64,000 nt of DNA, taken from positions 96,001 to 160,000 of IMG/VR virus record IMGVR_UViG_3300018018_000001, one strand, 5' to 3'. Both the position numbers and the translations under genes were made by a program. Shown in pieces: positions 38,958 through 48,761 of the stretch (its first letter is position 1; each line of letters begins with the position of its first letter). The DNA comes from a virus. The notes under the pieces are model-generated. The model was not told the DNA's origin, did not search any database, and saw nothing but the letters and a program-made list of their open reading frames with translations.

Positions 38958-39977
38958 ATGGACATTGAAAAAGCAAGACAGCAGTTAGCCGAAAGGCAAA
39001 AGAGACAGAAGGAAGAGGGCAGGGGTAGAACTTTCTATACTCTCCCAAAACAGGGAAGGGCTGTAGTCCGTTATTTGCCTCAACCCGATGGTGGTCTGGG
39101 TGTGGTTACGGGAGCACACTTTAACATTCCTGGAGTTGATAGGGGGTTGGCGCAATGCCTTAAAGAGCATTGGGGTAATCCTTGTCCTATCCATCAAGTT
39201 TGTGCTAACTTTGAGAAATTCATCGACCTGAAGGAATACCTTGTTAATGCTCAAGGATATGCCGCAGTCTTGGTTCTGGAAGATTCTGAAAATCCTCAAG
39301 CAGTAAATCCCAAGGTTCCCAAAATCATGAGACAGTCTTCTTTTGGGTATGAAACAATCTTGTCTTGGGTTTTGGATAAGTCAGTAAATGATATTACTGA
39401 TCCAAGAACTGGTTGTGCTGTAACTTATTCAAGGGAGAAAAAGAGTGATAAATGGGATAGGAAATATAATCGTGGTTCTTTTCCTATTGCTGCTACAGAG
39501 GAAGAGATTCAGGAAATTCTCAAGAAGGTTCCCGACCTGAGTAAAGTTATCAAGCCTCCTACAGATAAGGAAATTGAGACTTGTAAGAAGGGTGCGGAAG
39601 CCCTCTATGACTTATTGATGAAAAAAATGGGGGAAGCTAAAACTCAAGATGCCGCTAAATTTTCTCCCCCTCCTGCCCAGCCCGTAAAGGCCCCTGAACA
39701 AGAAAAACCTGTAGCTGAAGTCCCAAAGCCTGTGGAAGCGGCTAAGCCCCCAGAGCCAGTAAAGCCTGTGGAGGTTACTCAACCTGTTCAAGAAGTGGCT
39801 AAAGCCTCTGAGGTTCCCCCTGTGGCCCCTACTGTATCCAAACCTGGGGTTGAGAAACCCAAAGGTGCTCCTGAGTGCTTTGGGAATAAAGTGGTTCATG
39901 ATGCTCCTGAGAATGCTAAGAAGTGTCTCTGTTGCATGAATGAGTTTCATTGCCAATTGGCTATTAAGCAAGCTTAA
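38958..39977 (+). CDS. Single-stranded DNA-binding protein (T4 gp32-like)
   Basis: F..L......VRYLP, HF...C....G.PCPI, PKI; Pro/Ala/Glu linker; located among recombination genes. Confidence 0.65.
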   Translation: MDIEKARQQLAERQKRQKEEGRGRTFYTLPKQGRAVVRYLPQPDGGLGVVTGAHFNIPGVDRGLAQCLKEHWGNPCPIHQVCANFEKFIDLKEYLVNAQGYAAVLVLEDSENPQAVNPKVPKIMRQSSFGYETILSWVLDKSVNDITDPRTGCAVTYSREKKSDKWDRKYNRGSFPIAATEEEIQEILKKVPDLSKVIKPPTDKEIETCKKGAEALYDLLMKKMGEAKTQDAAKFSPPPAQPVKAPEQEKPVAEVPKPVEAAKPPEPVKPVEVTQPVQEVAKASEVPPVAPTVSKPGVEKPKGAPECFGNKVVHDAPENAKKCLCCMNEFHCQLAIKQA

Positions 39978-39984
39978 TGATAAG

Positions 39985-40107
39985 GGAGAGGGATTCATAA
40001 GTCATTTTACACTATCAGAAGACCAAGCTACATGGTGGAGGACGTTTAGCAACTGCCAATACCAAAAAGCAATGGAATCCTGGAAGCATAGTGCAGAATC
40101 CCTCTCC
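39985..40107 (+). ncRNA. Candidate structured RNA closed by a perfect 12-bp stem
   Basis: GGAGAGGGATTC (39985-39996) / GAATCCCTCTCC (40096-40107); inner stem CACTAT/ATAGTG. Confidence 0.4.
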
Positions 40108-40404
40108 TGATTTAGGTGTATTTTATGAGTTGATGGTCTAAATTATGTTTTAGTTGGTGTGGAATATTCTTTATTCAAATATTCCTTGTTATACTAGGAG
40201 TTATTCCACTATCTAATACATGGTTTTTTATTAATTGGATAGGTTTTATGATAGTTTCTATTTCTTTATTGATACATAGATTAACTTTTGGTAAATATGT
40301 GCGGTGATAAGATGGATTTATTCTTTATGTTTATACTCCCATCAATAGGACTATTATCATGGGCTATCACTGCTTGTATTTTAGATTTTTATTAAGGAGA
40401 CAAC

Positions 40405-41715
40405 ATGATTCCTGAAACAATGTTTGAGGATAAAGATAAGAAATTGGGGGTCAAAACAGCAGAGGATGATTTATTCTCTGACGTTGCACGTATAATTCCT
40501 TTTAACGTGCCTACTTTGGATATTGTCTTGGGTGGCGGATTATACACAGGAAAAATCTATGAGGTTATGGGGTGGGAGTCAAGTGGTAAATCCACCCTTG
40601 CCCTGGAAGCTACCAAAGCCTTTTCCAAGTATTGGATTAGCCAGAAGGACAATAATTATCTAATCCTATGGATTGAAACCGAATCTGCAGTGGATAAGGC
40701 AAGAGCATTATTTATGGGTTGTGATTTGACCAATTTTCTCTTTCGTGAAGCTGAAACAGTAGAAGTTGGATTTGAAATTATGGATTATTATTTAAAGAAA
40801 TGCCAGCTTAACGGATTCCATTTACTTATTATTTGGGACACAATTGCCGCTGCTCCTACCAATGCTGAAATAGCAGAACCTACTAAAAAGAAATCCAAGG
40901 ATGAGGATGGGGAAGAGAAAGAAACATCAGGACAGTATCAAGGTGGGTTAGCAGAAAAAGCAAGAATTATTCGATACAATTTGAGAAAGCTTACTCAACC
41001 TTTAGCCCAAACAGATTCCATAATGTTTATTGTAAATCAACTCTATCATGTCCCTCAGAAGAGCAGATTCAAAGGGGCAGAGACAGAGAGATCCCCGGGT
41101 GGGGAAGGATTCCATTTCCATGCATCAGCCCGGTTGAAAACTACCAAGAAAGAGGATTTGACTAAGGTAGCCCCTGATGGTCAGACTTATTCTGAGGGAA
41201 TCCTTACAGAAGTATTTACTCATAAAAATAAATTGACTTTACCCAAGCAAAGGGCTATATTGGTTATGAAAGGGGAAACTGGAATTGACAAATTTGAAAC
41301 TCTGGTACGGTATCTCAGGACTGCTAAACTAATAGATATGTCTAAATCTCCTTGGGCTACTTTAAATTTCCCTACAGTAATCAAACATGAGGAAAAAATA
41401 GGAATAGAGGTAAAAGAAATCAAATTCCAGAATGCCAAGCAATTACAAGAAGTGGCCAATGAAACTCCTGGTTTGGAAGATTATATGGATTACTTGGTTT
41501 ACCGCTCTTACTCCTATATCAGTCCACTGATTAAGGTAAAGATTATCAGAAAGCTGTGGGGATATGAGGAAAGATTTTTGGGTAAACGGGAAACCCTTCT
41601 TACCGACAGAGAAAAAGAAGTGGCCATAATGCTGGATAAAATGAACCAAGAGGATTTTGGCCCTCAAATTGAGGAAGAGAAAACTAAGAAAAGGCGCAAA
41701 GGAAATGAAACTTAA
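40405..41715 (+). CDS. recA: RecA/UvsX-like recombinase
   Basis: LDIVLGGG, GWESSGKST, IETES, IIWDTIAA, IVNQ, PGGEGFHFHASARL. Confidence 0.92.
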   Translation: MIPETMFEDKDKKLGVKTAEDDLFSDVARIIPFNVPTLDIVLGGGLYTGKIYEVMGWESSGKSTLALEATKAFSKYWISQKDNNYLILWIETESAVDKARALFMGCDLTNFLFREAETVEVGFEIMDYYLKKCQLNGFHLLIIWDTIAAAPTNAEIAEPTKKKSKDEDGEEKETSGQYQGGLAEKARIIRYNLRKLTQPLAQTDSIMFIVNQLYHVPQKSRFKGAETERSPGGEGFHFHASARLKTTKKEDLTKVAPDGQTYSEGILTEVFTHKNKLTLPKQRAILVMKGETGIDKFETLVRYLRTAKLIDMSKSPWATLNFPTVIKHEEKIGIEVKEIKFQNAKQLQEVANETPGLEDYMDYLVYRSYSYISPLIKVKIIRKLWGYEERFLGKRETLLTDREKEVAIMLDKMNQEDFGPQIEEEKTKKRRKGNET

Positions 41716-42181
41716 AAATTATACTTCGGGGGTTTCGGCGGATAAATCAGTTGCCTCTATTGAAAAGATTCTAGTTCAACATGGGGCTATTAATATTATG
41801 AAAGAGTATGGACCCACTGGTGAGTTATCCGCTATTGCTTTCATGATTAAGGATGTAAAAATGAGATCCCTGGATAATCGGGAAGGTTTAATGTCTTTCA
41901 AACTCTATGCCCGGGCTGATGTAGTGGAAAAACTTTTGCGGGAGGAATATGTTAGACCAAGAAAAGGGACATTCAAAAAGATAGAGGAACAGGCAAGCAA
42001 GACTGCTTGGAAGATTCTTTATGATGCTGTTGCTGCTCAAATGGCTTTGGTAGATTTAGGACAAAGGGAGGTGTTAGCTGTTTTCCTTGCTGATTCCTAT
42101 GATACCAAGAAACGAATGACATTTTTTGAAAAGATACAAAGTGGCCAATTAAAACAACTCATGACAGGTACTGGGGAATAG
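41705..42181 (+). CDS. Conserved hypothetical phage protein
   Basis: ATG 41705 with RBS; KNYTS.V...KS...IE..L..HGA. Confidence 0.6.
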   Translation: MKLKNYTSGVSADKSVASIEKILVQHGAINIMKEYGPTGELSAIAFMIKDVKMRSLDNREGLMSFKLYARADVVEKLLREEYVRPRKGTFKKIEEQASKTAWKILYDAVAAQMALVDLGQREVLAVFLADSYDTKKRMTFFEKIQSGQLKQLMTGTGE

Positions 42182-42184
42182 AAT

Positions 42185-42676
42185 GTGCCTAAAAGTAAAT
42201 ATTATCAAAAAAATAAAAAGAAGAATTTAGATTATAGTAGAGAATGGAGAAAAAATAATCCAGGAAGAATGAGTGAATTATATAAAATATGGGCAGAAAA
42301 GAATCCAAATAAAATTAAAAACTATAAAGGAAAGTTCTATGAAAAAAATAAAGATTATGTAAATGAACGTCAGAAAGAAAATAATAAAATATTGTTTGAA
42401 AAGGTGTTAGATCATTATGGACACCAATGTTCTATACCAGAGTGTAGTAATACTGAAGATCTTTGTATAGATCATATTAATGGAGAAAATGTCGATTACA
42501 AATACAGATATGGTAGTAAGCTTTGGAGATGGATTATAAAAAATAATTTTCCTTCAGGATTTAGAATTCTTTGCCATTATTGTAATATTTTAGATGGTTA
42601 TCTTCGTAAACACCCTAAACTTAAAATTAATGGGATTGATGACTTAATAAAAAGGTGCTTTAAAAATGAGAGGTAG
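42185..42676 (+). CDS. HNH-like endonuclease (paralog of 59006-59509)
   Basis: HYGHQCS...C...IDHING...NNFP.GFRILC..CN. Confidence 0.75.
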   Translation: MPKSKYYQKNKKKNLDYSREWRKNNPGRMSELYKIWAEKNPNKIKNYKGKFYEKNKDYVNERQKENNKILFEKVLDHYGHQCSIPECSNTEDLCIDHINGENVDYKYRYGSKLWRWIIKNNFPSGFRILCHYCNILDGYLRKHPKLKINGIDDLIKRCFKNER

Positions 42677-44144
42677 AATTGATGGAAAAAGATTGATATT
42701 TACTAATTTTAGTTCTGATGAGATAGATAAAGTAAGATCTCTTCTTACATGGCCAGGAGATGAATATTCTGAAACCGAAACTATATTATTTGAGGAAAAT
42801 GGTACATTTTTTACTTTCTGGGGTCTTTATAATATCTTAAAAAATAAAGTAAAGCTGGAAGTCTTTGGGATTCCCGATTTAGACGTTGGAGAGTTTGGAG
42901 AAGTTCCCGAAGATATTCTCAAAGGAATTAAGCTTTATGATTTCCAAAGAGCGGCTATACGGAAGGGTCTTATCCTCAAAAGAGGGATAGAGGTAATCCC
43001 CACCTCAGGTGGTAAGACTGAAATAATTCTGGCCACTATTTCTATACTCTTTAATAGCAACAAAATAAGCAAGGTTTTAATTATCGTCCCTACAGTGTCA
43101 CTTGTGGAACAGTTCTATTCCAGAGCCCTTCTGCGGGGGTTCCCCCAAGGATCAGTGGGCAGGGTGCATGGAACCAACCAAGAATTGGACTGCCCAGTAA
43201 TTGTAGGGACGATAAACTCTTTAGTAAAAGGGTACAGAGAGGGTGGCAGGATAAAGGATTTTATAGAGAAAGCTGATGCTGCTTTCTTTGATGAATGTCA
43301 GCATATTCAGGCCCCAACCTGGATTGAGCTTGCTTTTGGTATAACCAATGCTCAATACACTCTTTGCTTTTCGGGATCTCCATTCCAGAATGATGACGAT
43401 ATTCTGGAACTATCTAGTGATACTCAGGTTTATGGAATTGCTGGTGCTCCTATATTTTCTATCCCTTTAAGCTACCTTGTCAGTCTGGGATTGGTGGCTG
43501 AACCTTTTGTATTTTTCAAATCCCTTCCTGGAAGGATTAGCAAGTTCCCTGGAAACTACCGAAAGATTTATAATCAAGGGATTAGTGAAAATAGCCAAAG
43601 AAATATACTGGTCCATGGGGCATCCCAAGTATTTAAGGAATATGGATTCCCTACTCTTATCCCTGTCCAGTTAAAGGAACATGCTCTTGAGTTGCTTTAT
43701 CGTCTGAAAGATCCAAGGGCAATTTATGTTTCAGGTGGTGCTCATGCTGTTACCTTTGATGACAATGCCAATGAGAATGAATTTATCATAGACTATAGTG
43801 CATTCAGAGAATCTTTTGAAGCCGGCCAGTATGATACCTTAATTGCCACAAAGGTATTCGGAGAGGGCATTGATCTTCCTGCTATCCAGGGAATGATTAT
43901 GGCCGGGGGTGGCGGTGGCAAACGTGGAAAGATTTCTTTACGTCAGTGGATAGGAAGGATAATCCGAAAGAAAAAAGACAAGGTTAACAGGGTCTATTGT
44001 TATGATTTTATTGACCGATATCATGTCTACCTCTATTCCCAATATCTGAGAAGGCGAAAGCTTTATGACGAATTAGGAATTAAGATAGTGGATGACGAAT
44101 TGACTTTCAACCGATTGTTGGCCAGTCATGCCGAAAAAAGATAA
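42666..44144 (+). CDS. SF2 helicase (UvsW-like)
   Basis: PTSGGKT, DECQH, SGS, GEGIDLP, QWIGR.IR. Confidence 0.9.
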   Translation: MRGRIDGKRLIFTNFSSDEIDKVRSLLTWPGDEYSETETILFEENGTFFTFWGLYNILKNKVKLEVFGIPDLDVGEFGEVPEDILKGIKLYDFQRAAIRKGLILKRGIEVIPTSGGKTEIILATISILFNSNKISKVLIIVPTVSLVEQFYSRALLRGFPQGSVGRVHGTNQELDCPVIVGTINSLVKGYREGGRIKDFIEKADAAFFDECQHIQAPTWIELAFGITNAQYTLCFSGSPFQNDDDILELSSDTQVYGIAGAPIFSIPLSYLVSLGLVAEPFVFFKSLPGRISKFPGNYRKIYNQGISENSQRNILVHGASQVFKEYGFPTLIPVQLKEHALELLYRLKDPRAIYVSGGAHAVTFDDNANENEFIIDYSAFRESFEAGQYDTLIATKVFGEGIDLPAIQGMIMAGGGGGKRGKISLRQWIGRIIRKKKDKVNRVYCYDFIDRYHVYLYSQYLRRRKLYDELGIKIVDDELTFNRLLASHAEKR

Positions 44145-44146
44145 AT

Positions 44147-45704
44147 ATGAATCCATTGGATTTGTGGTTTAATAAAATGCCAAAAGGAAAGAGAGTAAGA
44201 ATTAAAGGTCAATCTTATGTTAAATTAACTATGAAGTCACTATTAGGACATTTGGAAAATGATTTAAGGATAGGTATAAACGAGCATGTAATAGAGACTA
44301 AAATAACTAAGAAAGGTCATTACTTTGTTATTCGACCTTTATGCCAGTTAGAAATAAAATAAAAGTTAGTTGGGGAAAAAGGTTATTATGGTATGCTCCT
44401 TGTAAAAGATGCAAGCTTAAAGGAAAGTATAAAGATTGCACTTGTGGGGTTAGTCTTCGTGTTGATTGGATGCAAAGTCAAAAGTTACATTCAATAACTT
44501 GGAGGGGGATTGGACATAATAAAATTAAGAAATCATGTAAAATTATGCAAAAGGAATCTAAAATCAGATAAGGTTAAATGCTGCGCCACTTGCCCTTTTG
44601 AAGAAGATATACTACTTATTTACCCTGAATTAAAATCACTTTTTGAAAGAAAAAGAAAGTTTCTTAAAAAATGAAATCAGGTTTTTTGTTTAAATAGCCG
44701 AAAGTGGGTTGATTTCATTTGGATACTTCCTAAATCATGCCCACACTTAGAGGAGAAATGGTGTCAAGATGAAAAATGTGCATACTATGAGAATAGGGAA
44801 ATGTCCAAATATGCAAAAAGGAAACTTAAAATATTAAAGAGTTTTGGGAGGGAAAATGAATCAGAGCAGGGCTAAGAAAATAAGGAAAATGGTTTACAGG
44901 GGGAAGACCAAGGAGGAGAAAGTTACTGAGTATAAGGCTATTCAAAAAAATAAAGGGGTTCAGCTACTTTGTACTGGACTTAGAGAAATTTATAAAAAGC
45001 TAAAGAAGAGCACAAGGAGAAACTATGGAAGATGACAAAATCACCGATCTGTTGTTAAAGGTAACTGGAGTTTCTTTTCCCAATCTTGATGGTTCTTCCA
45101 GGCAGGAAATCCTGGGCAATATGTCTGACAATGCCTCCATATCTCTTGTACGTGAACCTGAGAATGAATATGACCCAAACGCCATTATGGTCATGGCTGA
45201 TAAGAAACAAGTGGGATACGTGAGCAAGGAAGAGAATATAATGATTGCCCCTTTGATGGATTCTGGTGCTTTATTTGAGGCAGAGGTTTGGGAAAAATCC
45301 CAGTATAAAGGGACATGGTATCTTCATATCATAATTCGTGAGGTTTAAAATGGCTACTATAATTACAAAATCTCCACTTGTCAGCAAATGCTGCAAAGCT
45401 TTGGTGTCCATTAAGCCAGATAAAGAATTTTATCATAGTGAGCAAGAAGCCCAAATTACAATGTGGCATGAATGTACCGCTTGCGGGAAACCCTGTGATG
45501 TGGAAGAGGTAGAAGATGAGAAAATCAGATAGAAAAATGTTTTGGTCAATGTTCTCTTTTATTGTAAATCTTTTGTGGGATATAAGAGATTATATATCTG
45601 TGATTCCCCCCCATCAAGACAATGGATGGCCAGTAAATCATTATTCCAAAAAAGAATATGATAAACTTGAATCAAAGTCCAGGGAATGGATTGAGGAGGA
45701 ATAG
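44147..45704 (+). other. Small hypothetical proteins (44147-44362, 44341-44571, 44844-45035, 45338-45532, 45516-45704)
   Basis: Packed short ORFs, several with CxxC. Confidence 0.5.
45025..45348 (+). CDS. HIRAN domain protein
   Basis: KVTGVSF, LVREPENEYDPNAIMV, VGYV. Confidence 0.9.
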   Translation: MEDDKITDLLLKVTGVSFPNLDGSSRQEILGNMSDNASISLVREPENEYDPNAIMVMADKKQVGYVSKEENIMIAPLMDSGALFEAEVWEKSQYKGTWYLHIIIREV

Positions 45705-46342
45705 TGATTTTTGGTAGAATTTATATAGTTACAAATAAAATAAATGGTAAGAATTATGTTGGTAAAACAACCAAAGAATTAAGATTTAGAAAGGCTGAAC
45801 ACTTTAGTTTCTCCAGAAATAGTAGTATGATTTTCCATAAAGCACTTAGAAAATATGGTAAGGAAAATTTTGAATGGGAAGAAATTTCTTGGGCAGGATC
45901 TATTGAGGAACTTAATAAATATGAAATAATAATGATTGATTTTTATAAAACTAAAGTACCTAATGGATATAATGTTACTGATGGTGGAGAAGGTGGTGGC
46001 TCAAATCCTTCAGAAGAAGTAAGAAAGAAAAGGGGCAGTGGGTGGAGAGGAAAAAAGAATCCAGATCAATCTATAAGAATGAGAGGAAATAAATTTTCCA
46101 AAGGAAAAAAGTTCCTTCATACTTCAGAAAGAAACAAAAAGCAAATTGGAGATAAGAATCCTTTTTATGGGAAATTTCATACTGAAGAAACCAAAGCAAT
46201 AAATAGAGATAAACATAAAGGTAAACACTCAAAAACAGAATTTAAGGGAGGTAGTGATCATCCATTTTTTGGAAAGAAAAGGCCAGAACATGCAGAAATA
46301 ATGAAAGAATATCATCGGAGGAGAAATGAAATTAATTCCTAG
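45704..46342 (+). CDS. GIY-YIG homing endonuclease with NUMOD3 repeats
   Basis: GRIY...NK.NGK.YVGKT, PNGYN, HTEETK, NPFYGK. Confidence 0.9.
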   Translation: MIFGRIYIVTNKINGKNYVGKTTKELRFRKAEHFSFSRNSSMIFHKALRKYGKENFEWEEISWAGSIEELNKYEIIMIDFYKTKVPNGYNVTDGGEGGGSNPSEEVRKKRGSGWRGKKNPDQSIRMRGNKFSKGKKFLHTSERNKKQIGDKNPFYGKFHTEETKAINRDKHKGKHSKTEFKGGSDHPFFGKKRPEHAEIMKEYHRRRNEINS

Positions 46343-46949
46343 CAAATTTTTATTGGATTCTATTAATATTATCCAAAAAGAATTGTTTAATAAAGATATT
46401 AAATTTATTATAAAGATATTTCCTTCTGATTCTTGGGGGTGTCCTAACAAAGTTCCTATTATTGGAGTTCACTATTCTTTTTATTATCCAATATTTAAAG
46501 CATTTGAAGAAGATGGAATTATCACTCAAAAAGAACCAATTCTAAAGATCATTCGTCATGAGGTTGGACATTGTATTAACTATGCTTATAAATTTTATGA
46601 GATGAAAGATTGGTCTGAAATTTTTGGAAATTTTAACAAGCCTTATAAACACCCTAATAGTCATTCTAATGAATTCAAACCTAATCTTAATTCTAGGGAT
46701 TTTGTTAAGAACTTAAGTGATTATAATTCCTGCTACTCTCAGATTCACCCTGATGAGGACTTTGCAGAAACTTTTGCTATTTGGTTGTCTAATACTGAAA
46801 ACTCATGGACTTGTAAGTATGCAGATTGGAAAGGGGCATTACATAAGCTTAACTACGTAAATTGTCTTATTAATAGTTGGAAAAATGCTAAACCCAAAGT
46901 TAAGAGCGGGAAGAAAGATAAACCCTATCGGTTTGTAAAACTGAGTTGA
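46326..46949 (+). CDS. Putative zinc-binding metallopeptidase
   Basis: RHEVGH, YSQIHPDEDFAETFA.WL. Confidence 0.8.
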   Translation: MKLIPSKFLLDSINIIQKELFNKDIKFIIKIFPSDSWGCPNKVPIIGVHYSFYYPIFKAFEEDGIITQKEPILKIIRHEVGHCINYAYKFYEMKDWSEIFGNFNKPYKHPNSHSNEFKPNLNSRDFVKNLSDYNSCYSQIHPDEDFAETFAIWLSNTENSWTCKYADWKGALHKLNYVNCLINSWKNAKPKVKSGKKDKPYRFVKLS

Positions 46950-46958
46950 GTGGAGAGC

Positions 46959-47033
46959 CAGGGTATAGCCTAAGCTGGCCGTAGGTCCTGGGTTTGGAAC
47001 CCAGTTACGGAGGTTCAATTCCTCCTGCCCTGA
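46959..47033 (+). tRNA. trnP: tRNA-Pro(TGG), no encoded CCA, A37
   Basis: Acceptor CAGGGTA/TGCCCTG with C1:G72 and A73, anticodon arm CTGGG-TTTGGAA-CCCAG, T arm GGAGG-TTCAATT-CCTCC. Confidence 0.85.
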
Positions 47034-47059
47034 CTGTCCACTTAAAAAGGAAACAGAAA

Positions 47060-47965
47060 ATGGCTTACCAATATTCTTTAGTAGATGCAAATTATTTAGC
47101 CCATAGGTCAGTCTATAAGGGTTCTCATTTACAAACCTCTCAAGGGATTCCTACAGGGGGGATTTTTATTTTTCTGAAGTCTCTTTGGTATCTGAGGGAA
47201 TTAGGTAATGAAATGATCCTTGTCTTTGACGGAGGGCATAGTCCCTACCGAAAAGTCCTTTACCTTGAGTACAAGGTAAGGGACGAAAAGGAACTCAAGA
47301 TTCAAAAGATTCTCAAGTTTACCTTTGACACTCTCATGGATATTACCCCTAAATTGGGTTTCCCTACCCTCAGAATGGAACAAACAGAGGCGGATGACGT
47401 TCTCTACCTCTTAGCCAAGCATATGCGAACCTGGGGCATTATAGCCTTGTCTGGGGATGATGATTTCCTACAATTGACCAAATTGGACATTGACGTTTAT
47501 AATCCCCGTACTGATGAGCACTGGAATAGGGAAAAATTCACCAAAGAGTGGGGATTTGCCCCTGAGTATTTCTCCCTTTGGAAATCTTTGGTGGGGGATG
47601 ATTCCGACAAAATTTTGGGAGTCCCAAGGTTAGGAATGGGTAAGAAATTTCCTGAGTTAGGTGATAAGTGGAAGGCTGCTCCATATATTATCAAACAGTT
47701 AAAAGAACCCTCCCTTTCGGGATTATATGACTGGGCTGTAGCCAATCCAGATCCCCTTGGTAACAAAATCATTAATCATTTCCAGATAGTAAAGAGAAAC
47801 TACCTCTTAATGGACTTGGATCATTGTGAGGTTTCCCTTGATTCAGTCCTGGAAGAACTTAAGATTTCTACCCAAAAAGCCGAAAAGAACCTTGGTTATA
47901 TTACAAAAATCTTTAAGGATCTTGAGTTCAAGGAGTTAGCCATGTGGTTAACTTACCTATCCTAA
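47060..47965 (+). CDS. 5'-3' exonuclease / flap endonuclease (T4 RNase H-like)
   Basis: VDANY..HR, FDGG, EYK, EADD, SGDDD, GDDSDKILGV. Confidence 0.9.
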   Translation: MAYQYSLVDANYLAHRSVYKGSHLQTSQGIPTGGIFIFLKSLWYLRELGNEMILVFDGGHSPYRKVLYLEYKVRDEKELKIQKILKFTFDTLMDITPKLGFPTLRMEQTEADDVLYLLAKHMRTWGIIALSGDDDFLQLTKLDIDVYNPRTDEHWNREKFTKEWGFAPEYFSLWKSLVGDDSDKILGVPRLGMGKKFPELGDKWKAAPYIIKQLKEPSLSGLYDWAVANPDPLGNKIINHFQIVKRNYLLMDLDHCEVSLDSVLEELKISTQKAEKNLGYITKIFKDLEFKELAMWLTYLS

Positions 47966-47972
47966 AGGGGGA

Positions 47973-48539
47973 ATGGTGAAAAAATATCAGGTAATGGTTA
48001 TTGATCCTCCGTGGAATATCAAGAAGTTAACCCGAAAAGTAAGGCCAAATCAAGTCAAGATGGACTATTCCACCATGACTGTTGATGAAATAGCCGCCTT
48101 GCCCCTTGCAGCAATTTCTGATGATTCATGTTGGTGCTTTCTCTGGACTATCCAAAAATTCCTATTCAATGCCAAACCCATCCTTGAGGGGTGGGGATTC
48201 AATCACCTTTTGACCATGACATGGGAAAAAACCTATGGCCGATCTGCAGGGATGCCCTTATATGGATTCCTATGGAATGTAGAATTTATCCTTGTTGGTT
48301 ACAAGAAGAAACCCGACCTCTGGCCAATCAGAAAATTAATACCCGCCGCTTTCAATGCAGAAAATATTAAGCATTCACAAAAGCCAGATAGATTTTATGA
48401 ATTAATTAATCCTTTGGGAGAAAATAGGATTGATATTTTTGCCAGAAAGAAACGTCCTGGGTGGGATACTATTGGGGATGGAATTAGCGGAAAAGATATT
48501 CGACAAGAGATAGCCGAATTATCAGGAGAGGTAAAATGA
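47973..48539 (+). CDS. MT-A70-family adenine methyltransferase
   Basis: IDPPW, Y.TM, FLW, WGF, HSQKP, IDIFARK..PGWD. Confidence 0.9.
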   Translation: MVKKYQVMVIDPPWNIKKLTRKVRPNQVKMDYSTMTVDEIAALPLAAISDDSCWCFLWTIQKFLFNAKPILEGWGFNHLLTMTWEKTYGRSAGMPLYGFLWNVEFILVGYKKKPDLWPIRKLIPAAFNAENIKHSQKPDRFYELINPLGENRIDIFARKKRPGWDTIGDGISGKDIRQEIAELSGEVK

Positions 48540-48543
48540 GGGG

Positions 48544-48761
48544 TGTAATGGAGCATTACACGTTACCTTTTTTAAACCCAAATCAGGTGTGTAATGGAGC
48601 ATTACACACTACCTTTTTTGACAAAATCAAGAGTGTAATGGAGCATTACAGTGTCTTTTTTGCAACAAAAATGAATGTAATGGAGCATTACATACCCAAA
48701 TTCAGGGGATTAAAAATGGACTGCGTAATAGCATTACACGAAGTTGTAATGCAGCATTACG
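48544..48761. repeat. Iteron-like array of the palindrome TGTAATG-GAG-CATTACA
   Basis: Exact copies at 48544, 48590, 48634 and 48676; variants at 48724 and 48745; half-site at 48815; related T-tract/A-tract spacers. Confidence 0.9.

Noticed and set aside
44677-44704. Tenth sigma28-type promoter at GCCGAAAG
   Set aside because: No TAAA box 15-16 nt upstream and no AGAT extension.
46959-47033. tRNA-Gln(TTG) reading of TTTGG
   Set aside because: The 5-bp stem CTGGG/CCCAG fixes the loop as TT-TGG-AA; C1:G72 and A73 are Pro identity elements.
48544-48761. CRISPR array (palindromic repeats with 25-29-nt spacers)
   Set aside because: The repeat is only 17 bp, the spacers are homologous to each other (T-tract/A-tract) and shrink progressively, and there are no cas genes. 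Iterons fit better.
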